In this document: positions 1-13,341 of the stretch, piece by piece
Layout of the letters: each line of letters begins with the position of its first letter
How positions within the stretch are numbered: the stretch's first letter is position 1
Assembly (NCBI GenBank): GCA_030265395.1
Contig: JARFYF010000017.1
Span: 41,648,209-41,712,208 of the forward strand
DNA length: 64,000 nt
DNA from: Rhina ancylostomus
Lineage: Eukaryota
Direction: 5' to 3'
Notes under the pieces: model-generated
The model's input: only the letters and a program-made list of their open reading frames with translations
Databases searched by the model: none
What the model was told of the DNA's origin: nothing
Translations under genes and position numbers: made by a program

Positions 1-769
1 GAAATATGGTGGGGGGGGGGGGAGGGTGGAAAAGGTGGTCATACGGAGTTGGGTCACAGATTAGCCTTGACCCGATTTGGTCAATAGTTCCAGATGGTTT
101 GAGTCTGAGGGCAGAGTATATGGTGCACCACTGCATGAGCATTCAGGCAATAGTTTGACCAGCCGGAGATGTAGAATTGTTTAGCTGGTAACATGGATTG
201 AGGTACAGATCAGCTTAGATCCGATTTGCTCTTAGACTAAATGGAGATTGTTTGCCTGGTAACCTGGCATGTAAGAAGGTTAAGGCATTCTCTCTTGTTT
301 GAAATTAAAATTAACTTTGTAGCTTTATTGCCTTTTGAAGGTAAATGGTATCTTAACAGTTGCAGAGACTTTTACCGGTATATGTCATTCTTCCAATTTG
401 CACACTGCATGGCATCCTCCAGCTGTCCAGCTTCATGTCCTGGTGTTTGCACAACCAGTTGTCACTCTGGTGATATGTTTGACTGTTTACTGGGTCACAG
501 AAATCAATGGTTGGGTTTAACCAAGCTTTGATACTGCAGGAGCAGCCTTTGAATCAAATTGCAGCCACTTCCACTTCCTGTGTGGCCGTCTTCATAAATT
601 CTGTTCCTCATTTAACCTTCAGACATGTGCCTGCCTGTCTCCACATTAAAAGGATAAAATGTGTGTGCCACTGGCATGCTCAAATCTCAACCATTTTGCT
701 AATTCACATGGAGTACGTTATAGGTGTGTGTGGGGAGGGAATGAAGGGTTAAGTGAACATTGAATTGGT

Positions 770-900
770 TTATTATTGTCACATATACTGAGGTACAGTG
801 GAAATCTTTGTTTTGCATGCCATTCATACAGATCATTTCATCACATCAGTGCACTGAGGTAGTACAAGGGGAAACAATAACAGAATGCAGAATAAAGTGT
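770..900 (-). mobile_element. 3' tail fragment of Rex1/Babar-type LINE
   Basis: Motif ttattgtcaca..gaggtacagtg..ttgcatgccat..acagatcatt recurs at about 21400, 21650, 33660 and 47760. At 21650 it is contiguous with Rex1-type coding sequence. Confidence 0.5.
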
Positions 901-1379
901 TNNNNNNNNNNNNNNNNNNNNNNNNNNNNNNNNNNNNNNNNNNNNNNNNNNNNNNNNNNNNNNNNNNNNNNNNNNNNNNNNNNNNNNNNNNNNNNNNNNN
1001 NNNNNNNNNNNNNNNNNNNNNNNNNNNNNNNNNNNGGTACATGCTTTCAGACATTGCATTAACTTTGCTGGTTGACATCTGGTAGCAGAGCTTCACCAAT
1101 GCACCTATGGTTGATTACATTGGCTTTGGGGCTAATTAACTCATTGTGGGCAAACCTCAGCCCTTCTGTGCCTGAGCATTGTAACAGTGGTCATAGTTAA
1201 CAGTGCTGGAAGAGGATCAGTGCTTCTGTACATGACCGCTGTAACTGATCTGTGTGTGGATTTAGTTTGCCTACCATGTCCCTAGTCACAACAGGGCCCA
1301 CTCATTGTGTGATCGGTATAGAAGGACAACCTCATCGGTGTGCATAACTGCTCTACTTTTTCTGTTTTAGTGACCGACA

Positions 1380-1515
1380 ATGGACTCTGTGTCTCCATGT
1401 TGGGTAGGCAGTGTGTTTCTCTTCATCCATTCAGACAAGGTTGATCTGTCAGACCTCTACCAAGACCCACAGATGCAGCTGAAGATTTATAAAGCTCTGA
1501 AACTATCTCTTGCAG
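1380..1515 (+). CDS. TRADD: TRADD first coding exon (start of TRADD-N domain)
   Basis: Acceptor ttttctgttttAG at 1369-1370, ATG at 1380, donor G|GTAAGA at 1516. Translation MDSVSPCWVGSVFLFIHSDKVDLSDLYQDPQMQLKIYKALKLSLA resembles the human TRADD N-terminus as recalled ([39 protein letters not shown]). 136 nt, ends phase 1. Confidence 0.93.
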
Positions 1516-3699
1516 GTAAGATACAACTTTCTGGTGCCTATACTAGAGTCCATCTTGATTTTTATTGCCAATTAGTGTAAATTAGCTGCATTGCAAGATG
1601 ATCTACCTTTTGTCCAATAGCAAGGCTCTCAACAGCAAGCGCAAAATGTTGTGAATGGTCAGTGGCATATCTGAAATAAACAATGAGTAAACTTTGTCAG
1701 TCCATAATTTTAACACCTCTGGAAGGAACACTTTGATTGTACTTTATTGAAGCAGACAAAGTATCAGATTATTGCAATTAACGGGTTTTCAACTTCTAAA
1801 TACCGATTTGGAACATTAGATTTTGAAAAACAGGATTACTGGGAGATAGTTTATCAGGTCTTATTTGCTTTAAAAGGTGATTATTTTACTTTCATTGCAG
1901 CAGGAACTTTCAGCAAGATCACAGCTGTTTACAGATCTGCAATATATGAGTAATCGTATTCAGGAAAAGGTCCACTAATCCAGCCGGACCCATAAAAACA
2001 GACTCCCACACCACCAAATGCCTTTGAGAGAAATGACACAAAAACCCAGACCCTGTGGGGAGAAAGTCAGGAAAATTCCTTAGGCAATCAGGACTTGATT
2101 AAGAGATGGCTCCTGCCTGTGTTGACATGGTGCATCTTTTCTACAAGCTGATCTTGGTTCTAGCTGGAAACAGATTCTGGCCTCTGTTGGAGTAATTCAG
2201 CAAACTCTGTACAGCTCTCAAATTATCAACCTATACCAAAAGTTCACTGTTTTCCAGGATAGAAACCACACTGGACTTTTCACCTAAATTTGGTTTTGCA
2301 TAACTTGAAAGTGTGAATCTTGGTCAGCCCTCCCTCTTCTGGTGAAGCAGCTATATCCGCACAATCTATTACTTCATATTAGCATATCTCAGTCAGATCC
2401 CTCTTGAATCTATTGCTTTGTAAATTGTAAAATACTTCATCCAGTAACCAAGATTCTTTAAGCTTTACTCTTTCAAAAATCTCACTGTCTCCAATTACAT
2501 GAAGAAACCTTTTCTGAGCACCATATTGTAACTGAGACCTAGTCTGTACTGAATTAGGCACATGGACGGTGGACTCCATATTAACCGTCATTTGCTCCAG
2601 CTATAGCCTCACATTCATAACATGACAACCTTATTAAAAGATTTATTAGACAATCAACCACCTTTTTCCGAAACAAGTGGAGCTGAAAACTAATGGAGAA
2701 ATTTGGGGAGGAATAGAGATCTGTAAAGTTAGCTGCAGAAGGCAGTGAGACCGAGCAGGAGATGAATAATGATAGAGAGCTAACGATAATTGGTGGGAGG
2801 CAGGCTGGGAAGAATTGCAGGAAAACGCCCTTGTTTTTTTTGAGGAAAACAAAACCAAGTTGCTGAGGCTAGTCAGAAGGTCAAACNNNNNNNNNNNNNN
2901 NNNNNNNNNNNNNNNNNNNNNNNNNNNNNNNNNNNNNNNNNNNNNNNNNNNNNNNNNNNNNNNNNNNNNNNNNNNNNNNNNNNNNNCAGCATCAGTGGAG
3001 AGAGAGAACCAGTTAATGGAGACTCAGTCACTGAGTGTATTCAAGACAGATGGATACATGTATAGATATTCAGGGGATGAGGGCTCATTGCATTGACAGG
3101 GACGAGGTAAAAGATTAGCTATGATTTTATTAAATGTTGGAGCAGGCACAGAAGTGCAAATGGCCTACTCCTGTTTCTTGTGCTCTAATATTAAAAGGTA
3201 ACAACAATGATAGCGTACTTTAGAAAGCCCTTGGAAAAGACATCACATGGGAGATTTTTAAAGGTTAAGGGACAGGAATTAAGTGTCTAATGAAAAAAAC
3301 TATAGGGTACACACTTCGGTGCCACATTTTTCTAGAATGAGAAGTGAAAGGTGTGTACCGCAAGGCTCAATATATTGTGCAAATCAATCACTTAGATATG
3401 GCCCAGAGGGAGTTGAAACGTACAATTGATGTTAGCATAATAGAAATCAATGATTCATTTAGAAGTGCAAAGGGATACAAGGTGGAGGGAATTGGCTGAG
3501 AAATAGCAGGTAGAATTGCACATCATTTCAAATCCAAGAGCTTGGAATTTGTCACTGGAAGCTACCGTGCAGGTAGGCCACCTTCATTTAGTTTGCGTTT
3601 CCAGTGACTAATTCCACACTCTTCACTTGCAATTTTAGGAGGCAAGCCAAATCTACAACCAGCTTGTGTAAGAGTGATCTCTTGCAATTCTCTTTGCAG

Positions 3700-3968
3700 A
3701 TGCCACTGGCAGTGGTGGAGGTTATGAAATCCTGAAAGTTTACAGAAGTGCTTTTGGACTTCAACTGAAATTTACAGAGGAAGTAAAATGCAGGAAGTTT
3801 CTCCACAGTTACGAAAGAGGCAGTCTCCAAGAGGCTTTAGTGTATCACTTTCAAACCCAGTCTATCCCCAGTACAGCTTTCACAATGGAGCTGAAGGCTG
3901 GCCCAGTGACATTAGACGATATCCTGAATAAGCCAGACAGCTGCATAAAACACATCAAGGCAAATGAG
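3700..3968 (+). CDS. TRADD: TRADD second coding exon (TRADD-N core)
   Basis: Acceptor ttctctttgcAG at 3698-3699, donor GAG|GTAGGT at 3969. Open frame (D)ATGSGGGYEILKVYRSAFGLQLKFTEEVKCRKFLHSYERGSLQEAL...MELKAGPVTLDDILNKPDSCIKHIKANE matches TRADD-N (LKIHRS..QLRF..CGRFLRAYREGAL..LELRAG..LD). 269 nt, phase 1 to 0. Confidence 0.93.
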
Positions 3969-4499
3969 GTAGGTATAGAATCATGGCATTTTACAGCACT
4001 GGACGAGGTTCATTTCATTCTCTGCAGACTCTTTTTTTTAAAAAAAGCTGTTCAAATTAACCCCTTGCCCTACCTTTATCCTATAGTCTGTAACCACCTC
4101 CTCCAAATGCATGTCTAACTGTCTTTTTAAGGTTTAAACTGTGCTTTAAGGCAACTGTGGAAACTGTGCTTTAAGTCAACATCTTTCAGATCTTAAAACC
4201 CTCTGGAGAAAATTACTCCTCCTCTCTAATTCTGCAAATTATTTTAAATCTGGTTACAAGGTGACGTGGCTGGGGGGAGACTGTCTTTTGGTTGCAATAT
4301 TAAACCCCCTCAGCGGGAAGTAGCAGACCTCAGGGTGCTGCTTCAGAGAGCTGTCACTTGATTGTTTCAGTGACATTTACTGAGGGGAAACTGATCAGCC
4401 GGTCATTGTTGCATTGCTGTTCTTGGATCCTTGTGCAAACTGACTACATTTCCTGTGTTACATCAGTGTTTATTCTTCTTCCATGTTATTTTCATCCAT

Positions 4500-6290
4500 T
4501 ATCACCATGGAAAGGAAATTGGTTGGGAAACAGAGGATTGTGGAACAACTTTCAGACTGGAGGGAAATGACGTTATGTTGACCTTCAGGAGTTGGTATTA
4601 GGATCACTTTTTGATCTATATTAAAGAGTTCGACCTGGGCATAAAGAGTGTGATTTTACAGAGTGCCAATGAGCCAAGTATCAGAAATGTAGTAAACAGT
4701 TAGGAGCATGGTAAATTGATAAGGCTGTGGAAAAGGCAGATGGGTTCCTCCCCTTTACTCATCAGGGAATAAATGACAAAGGCTTAATTCTAAACCCTTA
4801 TAGACATTGGCTAGTTATTGGCTGGGCAATGTAAGATTTTTGAACATCAGATTTATAGGAAGATTTGCACAAGCTTGGAGAAAGTACGATAAGGATTTAC
4901 TAGAATTATATCAAAGTGGCCAGATCGGAGAGGTTATGGTGGTTGCTCTGGGACCAAATAGGATTTAGAGGGGATTGAATAGTTGTTTTAGCTCATGAAA
5001 TGTTTTTACAAATTAGGGTTGGTAACCAAAGAACATATATAGAAGGCAATTGATAAAAGAACAATTTTAGCAGAGTGTTTGATACAGTTCAAGATGAGTT
5101 AGTAAAGTAAAGACCCCATGTGATCCACAGGTGGATGCAGAATTACAGAAGTGAGAGTTATGTGACTGGGAGACTGTTGGCAATGAGCTTCCATGGGTCT
5201 TGTGCACGTTCCCTCTGTACTTTTTCAGTCCTCGTCGTCTGCTGATTTTGCTATCCTCAGATGCATGTACTCGCAAGGTTGGCCCTGGGCCTCTTCTTGT
5301 ATTTCTCCATGTACATGTAAACATTGAGGAGCCAGTCATTGTCTGTATAAATATGCTGATCGGTTTCCAAACCCCTTGTATCAGGTGGCTCCCTCCCTGC
5401 ACTTTACTATTAGAGAGCGGTCTTCGTGTCTACCTAACTCCACATTGTGATTTTTAACCTCGACCAGTGCTTGTAAGTTTCAGTGGAAGTTGTTTAATTA
5501 ATATTTCCTCTTCAGAAATTTAAATATTTTAATGTGCTTATTAATATATGTTGATGCTTTTAGAATATTATGGGGCATGTTAGTGTTGGGGATGTATTGG
5601 ATACAAAGGAGAGGGCTCTGAGTGGTATCAGCAATGTTTTGTTACCTGTGGGAAGTCCATGCCTCTATCCTTTTGTGGAAAATGAGAATGGATCTTGTAT
5701 CAAGAATTTGGACATGGGTATAGGAGAGGGCGGGGTTTGATTATAACATCTGCTAATGCCAACGTTTAAATGGATAACACCAAGGAAGAAACTTATAAGC
5801 TGTCAGAAGATATCAGAGAACTGGTCAGGGTGAGGGAGGGAGGGGGATGGAAAATGGAAGTGTGGACTGGAATTTGGATTGGAGAAGTACGAGGTAATGG
5901 ACTTGCAGAATGCAAACAAGACACGAAAATATACAATGCTTAACAGTGCAGAGGGATGCTGACAGGCAGCAAGACGGACAGGTTAAGCAGGCATAAGGGA
6001 TACTTTCCTTAACTGGCTAAAACATAGAATGCGAGAGGTTATGCTGGAACTGTTTCTTTAAGAGAAGAACCTAGTTGGCCTCCAATTTACGTGCCACATG
6101 AAGTTCTGATCACCTCATTGCAGGTAGGGTGGGATAGAACCGTAGAATACGCAGAGAAGATTTACAAATGTTGGCAGGTCAGGAGCATTTTAGTCATGAA
6201 GGGGGGTGAAATAATCTAGGGTTGTTTGCTTCATAACAAAGGAGGCCAAAGGGGGGCTTAATTCGAATGTTTAAAATATTGAAAGTCCAA
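4500..6290 (+). mobile_element. Highly degraded CR1 LINE RT fragments (two blocks, about 4500-5160 and 5690-6290)
   Basis: Eroded CR1 RT-type stretches (..ggaagatttgcacaagcttggagaaagtac..; ..gcagagaagatttacaaatgttgg..). No intact frame. Confidence 0.5.
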
Positions 6291-6735
6291 GTAAGACCAG
6301 GTAAACTCATCGCCCAACGGCACTGTAGGATCACCTTCACTAGTGGTTGAAGAAGGCTCACCATGACCTTCTGGAGGACAGCTAGGGATGGGCAATAAAT
6401 TCTGGCCTTGCCAGCAGTGCCCAAATCCTGGAAATGAGTTAAACAAAAAGAGCTTAACGAGCTCCAAGGATATTCCGAGGATGTGAAAAGAACAATGTTC
6501 AAGTTTTCCATTTCGGTTAATCAGAAATTGTGCAGAGTATAATACACGTGATTGTAAATAAAGAAAACTTCCCTTTTTGTGTTGCTTGTGAACCATATTC
6601 TGTGTGTCTAATGTACAGTATTCTTTCCCTTGGGCTGTTGCAAAGTAACATTAAGCCTTTTAGCCTGATTTCTCTCAGTCTCTTGATGTAGCTGACCCGA
6701 CTTTTTAATAATTCAGATTTCTTTCACGATTTCAG

Positions 6736-6979
6736 CCCAACCACCTCCGAGATGATGACGTTACCAGATTGGAAGAGGACATCAGGCAGTTGGTGCTTGA
6801 GTACAGTTCCATCTGCCAAGGCTCTAGCATACAGTGTGATACTGCTTCAAAAGTACATTCAGTACCTGAATCTCTGTCTCCTTCCTCTCCATCTTCAATT
6901 GCATCTCTGATTTCCAGCCAGACAAATGGGAGCCCATTGCCACCGACGGACACTTTTGAATTTCAGGGTGTTTTCTTTG
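6736..6979 (+). CDS. TRADD: TRADD third coding exon (end of TRADD-N plus Ser/Pro linker)
   Basis: Acceptor tttcAG at 6734-6735, donor G|GTGAGT at 6980. PNHLRDDDVTRLEEDIRQL...PLPPTDTFEFQGVFF corresponds to PDRLRDEELAELEDALRNL...TFLFQG. 244 nt, phase 0 to 1. Confidence 0.92.
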
Positions 6980-8329
6980 GTGAGTGTTGCCTCCAGGTAT
7001 TGTTGGGTAACGAGGTTCCATTGTTACAATTTGGTTGGCCTCCTTGGCTGTGACAGGGATTTATGTGGTGTTTTCTTTGCTTTCCGCATCCCTTTTTATC
7101 TCGACTCTTGCTCAGTTGAAGTGCTGTGGATCCTTGCCTCTCCCTAGCAACTTGTCCAAATGGCCACCGTGTAGTAACTGTGGCCCCTGTGGAAAGTAAA
7201 TGTAGGAGGAGGTGCTGGTTAGTGTTGATGTTGGGTATTTAATTGCACCTTTTCTTTTAAGAGCCCTGCTATGTAATCACCACATTTAAATATAGTGGCT
7301 CTTATTGCTGCTGCCCCAATTTAATTAACAGTTAAATTATTTTCAAAGAATGCTATCATCAAATCTTGAGGTTATCTTGTACGTCTGTTTCTCACGTCTC
7401 AGCAGTTCTATCTGTGCCCAGCTAGGTGTGATGTCAACAGGATGTGGTCTTAATTCTGAAATGATGCCAACGTTATTGTTCTTGCTGGAGAAGTTTCAGG
7501 TATAGCATTGGAGATCATAGAGTTGTACAGCACGGAAACAGGCCCTTCGGCCCAACTCATCCATGCTGTCCAAGTTGCTTACCTGAGCTAGTCCCATTTG
7601 TCTGTGTTTGGCCCATATCCCTCTAAACCTTTCCTATCCATGTACCCGTCTAAAGGCCTTTGAGTGATATTCTTGAGTTCTCTAGACTAGAAGACTAGTT
7701 TGAAGTTCCGCTCTCCATAACTGGGAACTCTACCGCAAGCTCAGCCTGATCTGTGGGCATCTTGGTTGGCATAAACCAGCTGGGCCAAAGGACCTGTTTC
7801 CATGCTGTATGACTCTATGAATTGTTCACATTGTAAGCAATGGGTGATGTTCACTGCCTACACTGTGACCTGCAGCCTTAAACCTTAAGAGATCAGGTGA
7901 CCAAAAACCTGGGAACTCAGTAATTTTTGTAAATTATTGGAGAATCTTGATAGACCTTAAGGATTTCCAGGTAAACTCTAGGATCTGAGCAACTGATTCA
8001 GTTCAGTACTTGAGAGAGGTGATGCATTGTCAAAGGTGGCATCTTTTGAATAAAACTCTGCCTATTTACATGAAAGTTAAAGAAGCCCATGCTACTGTTT
8101 ACAAAAAAACAGAACATTTTTCCAGTACCCACAGCAAATCTGCAGATTAACTTGGTGGAACTCGGTGGATAAGATTGGCTGTTACAGAATTTCCCCACAC
8201 CAGTCATCCTCCTAAAGCCAGCAAGCCAGTCAATTTGGTCCTTTTGAACACAAGCAAGGTTCCCTTCCGGAAATCCTGAGGAACAGACCAGGTCCCTAAA
8301 CATGGCACATCGTTGAATTCAGAGCATGG

Positions 8330-8770
8330 CAGAGAAAGTGAAGCAAATCAATGGGTGTGTGGCAGTAAAGATGCTCTAAGGATAAAAAGGAAGTCTGTGA
8401 ATCTCCTCTGCACTCTCTCCAGTGCAACCGCATGCTTCCTATAATGTGGCAACCATAATTTCATACAGTACTCCAAATGCAGCCGAAACAGTGGTTTTAA
8501 AGTTGCAACATAATGTCCCAACTTTTATATCTATGCCCCAACCTCTAAAGTCAAGCATGTCATGTGCCTTGTTCACCTCCGATCTGCCTTTGCTGCCATT
8601 TTCAGAGAACCAAGCACTTGAACCCCAAGGTCCCTCCATTCATCAACATTCCTTAACTCCCTACCATTTACCGTATATGCTCTACCCCGATTTGAGTTCC
8701 CAAATTCCCAAGTAGAGCCTGGGAATATTATGAGTATTGACTTCCCACTACCTTGCACTTATTGGGATTA
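8330..8770 (-). mobile_element. Degraded CR1 LINE RT C-terminal fragment
   Basis: Minus-strand ORF track peptides RGRAYTVNGRELRNVDEWRDLGVQV, LEFNPNKCKVV and DFRGWGIDIK. Confidence 0.65.
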
Positions 8771-9106
8771 AATTCCAGTTGGGAAAATTCCGCCGAGATC
8801 TTTGTCTCTGGAGTGGGATTTGAACCCACAAGCATCTGATTTGAGAGCACGAATGTTACCCACTGAACCATTACCAACACTACCAAATTAGCCAGTTTGT
8901 CGATAAAGTAGAACAGGGGCACAATGAACCACAATACCATTTCAAGTTAAGTGCCTTGGTTGTGATTGCCTGTTCTCTGTAGGCCCATTCTTCTTAAATT
9001 ACTCAATATGCTGTCTGCCATAGAGTGCACAAACCAGCCGATGTCTAACTCGACCTCCAGCAGGTGCCTTGTGCTAAAGACACTATTTTGTGAGTGGTTC
9101 TTAATA

Positions 9107-11950
9107 ATAGAACATAGAACAGTACAGCACAGAACAGGCCCTTCGGCCCACAATGTTGTGCCGACATAGCTAATCCCTCCTACCTNNNNNNNNNNNNNNN
9201 NNNNNNNNNNNNNNNNNNNNNNNNNNNNNNNNNNNNNNNNNNNNNNNNNNNNNNNNNNNNNNNNNNNNNNNNNNNNNNNNNNNNNGGCCCACTGTCCAAG
9301 TTAATCTAGATGCTGTTGTAAAATGCATCACCAATTTTCACGTCATCTGGGAACTCACCAACCGTGCCAATTACATTGTCATCTAAATCATTAATATAGA
9401 TGACAAACAACAGGGGACCCAGCACTGATCCTGTGGTACGCCGCCGTCACAGGCTCCCAATCTGAAACACAACCCTCCACTACCACCCTCTGCCTCCTAC
9501 CACCAAGCCAATTTTGTATCCATTTGGCTAGTTCACTCTGGATTCCATGTGATCTAATCTTCCAGAGCAGCCTACCATTGCAGGATCTTGTCAAAAGCCT
9601 TGCCAAAGTTGGTGCGGACAATGTCTACAGCCCTGTCCTCATCAATCCTCTTGGTCACCTCTTCAAAACAAAAAATCAAATGTGTGAGGCACAATTTGCA
9701 ATGTGCAAAACCATGCTGACTGTCCCTAATCAGTCCTTGCTTTTCCAAGTGCAGGTAGATCCTATCTCTGCAGTAAACTTCCCACCACTGAAGTTGGCCT
9801 CGCTGGCCTTTAGTTCCCTGGCCTGTCCTTGCAGCCCTCCTTTAATGAAGGCACAACATTAGCTACCCTGCTGTCTTCCAGTACCTCACCCGTGGCTAAG
9901 GAAGATGCAAGTGTCTCTGCCAGGGCCCCAGCAATTTCTTCTCTACCTTCCCACAGTGTCCTATGATACACATGGTCAGGCGCTGGGGATTTATCCAGCT
10001 TTATGTGCTTTAAGACAGCCAGCAACTCCTCTTTTGTAATGTGGATATATTTCAAGACATCACTATTCTCTTCCCTGAATTCCCCAGCTTCCACAACCCT
10101 CTCCACAATAAATACGGATGAGAAATATTTGTTTAAGACCTTGGCCACCTTCTGTGGCTCCACACAAAGACAACGTATAGATCCTTAAGGGGACCTATTC
10201 TCTTCCTAGTTCCCCTTTTGCTCTTGATTATAGTTATGTAATCTCTTGGGATTCTCCTTTATCTGCCAAAGCTATCTCGTGTCATCTTTTTGCCCTCCTG
10301 ATTTCCCTCTTGTGTACTCCTATATCCTTGTTGTGCACGAGGGAATTGTTTGAACCCAGCTGTCTCTACCTGACGTATGCCTCCTCCTTTTTCCTGACAA
10401 GATCCGAGTATCCCTTGTCAACCAGGGATCCCTAATCCTTCTCCTTCAGTCTAACATGAACATGCTGTCCCTGAACTCTCCCTTTTGAGCTGCCAGTCCC
10501 TCAACCATGTACCTATCCATGCCCTGAGTTCATCTGCCTTGCCTGCCAGGCTTGCATTAAACTAGGTTAGTCTATCAGACCTTCCTGTCCTGCCTACTGA
10601 ACTTTCTACTGCTGTATTTGCCTCAACTTTCTCATCTTCCACAGCACTGCTTTGTATCCCACCCCCACTGCCAGACTAATTCAGACCCTTCCTAGTTGGT
10701 CCAACAAATCTCTCTGCCAGGATATTGGCCCCCTTCCAGTTTGGGTGCAACCCATCCCTCTGCCTCAGAAGAGCTTCNNNNNNNNNNACAAGCAGTCATC
10801 TGCCCTAACCTCCTATTCCTACCATCACTAGCACGTGGCACCAGGAACAATCCAAGATTACAACCCTTGAGGTCCTGCCGTTTAACATTCTGCTTAACTT
10901 CCTATAGTCACTCTGCAGCACCTTGTCTCTTTCTCTATCTATATCATTGGTACCAGTGTGTACAATGACCTCGGACTGCTCAGCCTTCCCTTTTGAGAAT
11001 GTTTTGCAGCCGCTCGGAGACATCCTTGATCCTGGAACCCAGGAGGCAACATACCATCTGGAGTCTCATCTGCAGCCGCAGAATCTCCTTTCTGCCCCTC
11101 TTTTNNNNNNNNNNNNNNNNNNNNNNNNNNNNNNNNNNNNNNNNNNNNNNNNNNNNNNNNNNNNNNNNNNNNNNNNNNNNNNNNNNNNNNNNNNNNNNNN
11201 NNNNTCCTCGTCTCCACCCTCCCTGGTCATTGTGCCTCAGACCTGCCAGTGGCTGCTACTGCTCTCCTGTGAAAGACCACCCCTCTCCTCTGAAAGATCA
11301 TCTACTGGTAAATTCCGTTCTCCCTGTGTGTCTGCATGGGTTTCCTCCCACATTCCAAAGACATACATGTTAGGAAGTTGTGGGTGTGCTATGTTGGCGC
11401 CGGAAGTGTAGTGACACCTGCGGGCTGTCCCCAGAACACTCGACACAAAAGGTGCATTTCACTGTGTGTTTCGATGTACTCGTGACTAATAAAGATACCT
11501 TGTCCTGTCGTTACTGAGGGGGATGGCCACAGAAGAATTCTGCACTTTCTGCCTACCCCTTCAACCTTTCGTGGTGGCCTCCCAACCACCTGCTGCCTGA
11601 CGATCTCACTGAAGCTCCTGTATATAATCATCTGAGCATCACTGATGCTCCTGAATGAGTCCAGCTGCGGCTGCTCGATGCGGTCAGCCAGGAGCTGCAG
11701 CTGGACACACTTCCCACAGGTACAGTCACCAGGGACACTGGAAGTTTCCCTGATTTCCCAAATCCTGAGGGAGGAGCATACGACTGTCCCGACTGCCATC
11801 TCAAAACCACCAAGGTTGAAAGGGGAAAGTAAAAGACCTTGCCTTACCACTGCTCAGCCTCCTGGCCAAAACCTCAGCACTTGTACCTGGAACGTAACAC
11901 TTTGACCTCAACAATAGTCGGTCTCACAATGGCTGCTGCACTATAGCTCA
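9107..11950 (-). mobile_element. Internally deleted, near-5'-complete CR1 LINE in last TRADD intron
   Basis: ORF1 Zn-finger-like VCSS..WEIRETSSVPGDCTCGKCVQLQLL (about 11700-11790). SGNH esterase-like VIVHTGTNDI (about 10940). ORF2 VLNKYFSSVF..DKSPAPDHVY..ANVVP and HGIQSELAKWIQNWLGGRRQRVVVEG. CR1 3' tail atagaacatagaacagtacagcacag at 9107. Frameshifted. Confidence 0.85.
11311..11500 (+). mobile_element. V-domain tRNA SINE fragment nested in the CR1
   Basis: gttctccctgtgtgtctgcatgggtttcctcccacattccaaagac..gcatttcactgtgtgtttcgatg..gactaataaaga; same family as 13342-13625. Confidence 0.75.
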
Positions 11951-13341
11951 GCTCCTTTTAAATCTTCTTGCTGGGATCCACTCGCTCACACTGTCTTGGT
12001 CCTCTTTCCACGGTATCTGCGATTTAAATTAAATATGGGAGTGTGGATAGAGAATTGGCTAAGTGGCAGGCAGGAGAGCACAGTGACCAACTGATTTACA
12101 GATTGTAGAGGGACATATATTGGTGTTGTACAAAAGAATGGTACTAGCTGGATTGCTTCTGCCCAGAGTCAGCACAAACTCAATAGGCCGAAGGACTCTG
12201 AATGTGAACTGTTCAGGATTTGACGGCAAGCAGTATTTGGCTCCAGTGAAGCAGAATCTGTGATCTAATAGGTGTCTGACCTTTAACGTGTGTGGAACTG
12301 ATAGTTACCGTTTGCCTACGATACTTGCAGGGTTCTCCTTGCTACTTTGGTTTGGTCGGGTAGGGTTTTATTCACCATCGTGGAAAAATAAATTGTTCAT
12401 TTTATTCCCAAATAAGTGACTACACTGAAGCAGTTGTACACTGCAAGGTACTTGAAGTACACCGCTAAAGATGCTTGAAGCCCGATTAAGTATCTGGTGG
12501 GCCATTGAAGTTAGATTCATTTGAATTGCCCCACTGAGACAGTGCTATGTTCTGGGGGCAGCTGTGACTTCGCAGATATCCAGCTGACATCGACAAAATG
12601 ATGGTAGCCTTCACTGGTCTTTTGGTCTGGCTAAGTACTAATTTGATAAGAGAGGGACAGAAATGGTTGGCACCAGAGACGAGAGCAAAATTATGATATG
12701 AGTTGAAGTGAAATAATTTTGTTTAAAATGTATATATTATTAGTTTAATGAGCAAATATATTTTGTATGGTATGCTTGTGGATATTTTTAATTATGTTCT
12801 TTCTGCACTCCCCCAAAAGAAAATCACAGGAAAGCTCAGAAGCTGAGAATTATTGAAATGTACCTCCTCCCATTTCTGGGCTGTAGTTCGGATTGAAACC
12901 AGAGTTCTTAGAATCAGAAACTTGTAGATTAGTTTCTCTGCCTTTGTTCTTTAAATAGAATTACATGGAATTACCAGCATTGAGTGTCCATGTGGTCCAA
13001 GCTACTTTTGTTGCCACTCCCAAGCCGCCTCCTGTACTACCCCCATTACCATCAGCATTTACCTTTTCTATCCTTCCCTCTGTGCATATGTAAATTAACA
13101 CAAAAGCAAGTTGACTCAGCTGTTCCCAGACGTGATGTGTAATTTAGTTTTCCTCCAATGGAAATGGTACTTTCTTCAAACCCCCATTATAACATCGATA
13201 AGGAATTCCGTTCATTTTTCCTGCTAGAAACAATCTCTTCACGAAGGTGAACATAGTGCCACCTAAGCTGCCAGTTCCTTACTTGCCTTTTTCCTCAGCC
13301 AGAGATGGGTACTGCATATTGGTTTCTTCAAGGTTTGTTAA

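Noticed and set aside
241-531. 96-aa Cys-rich ORF upstream of TRADD
   Set aside because: No recognisable domain and no consistent splice partner. TRADD has its own ATG at 1380 in the position expected from homology.
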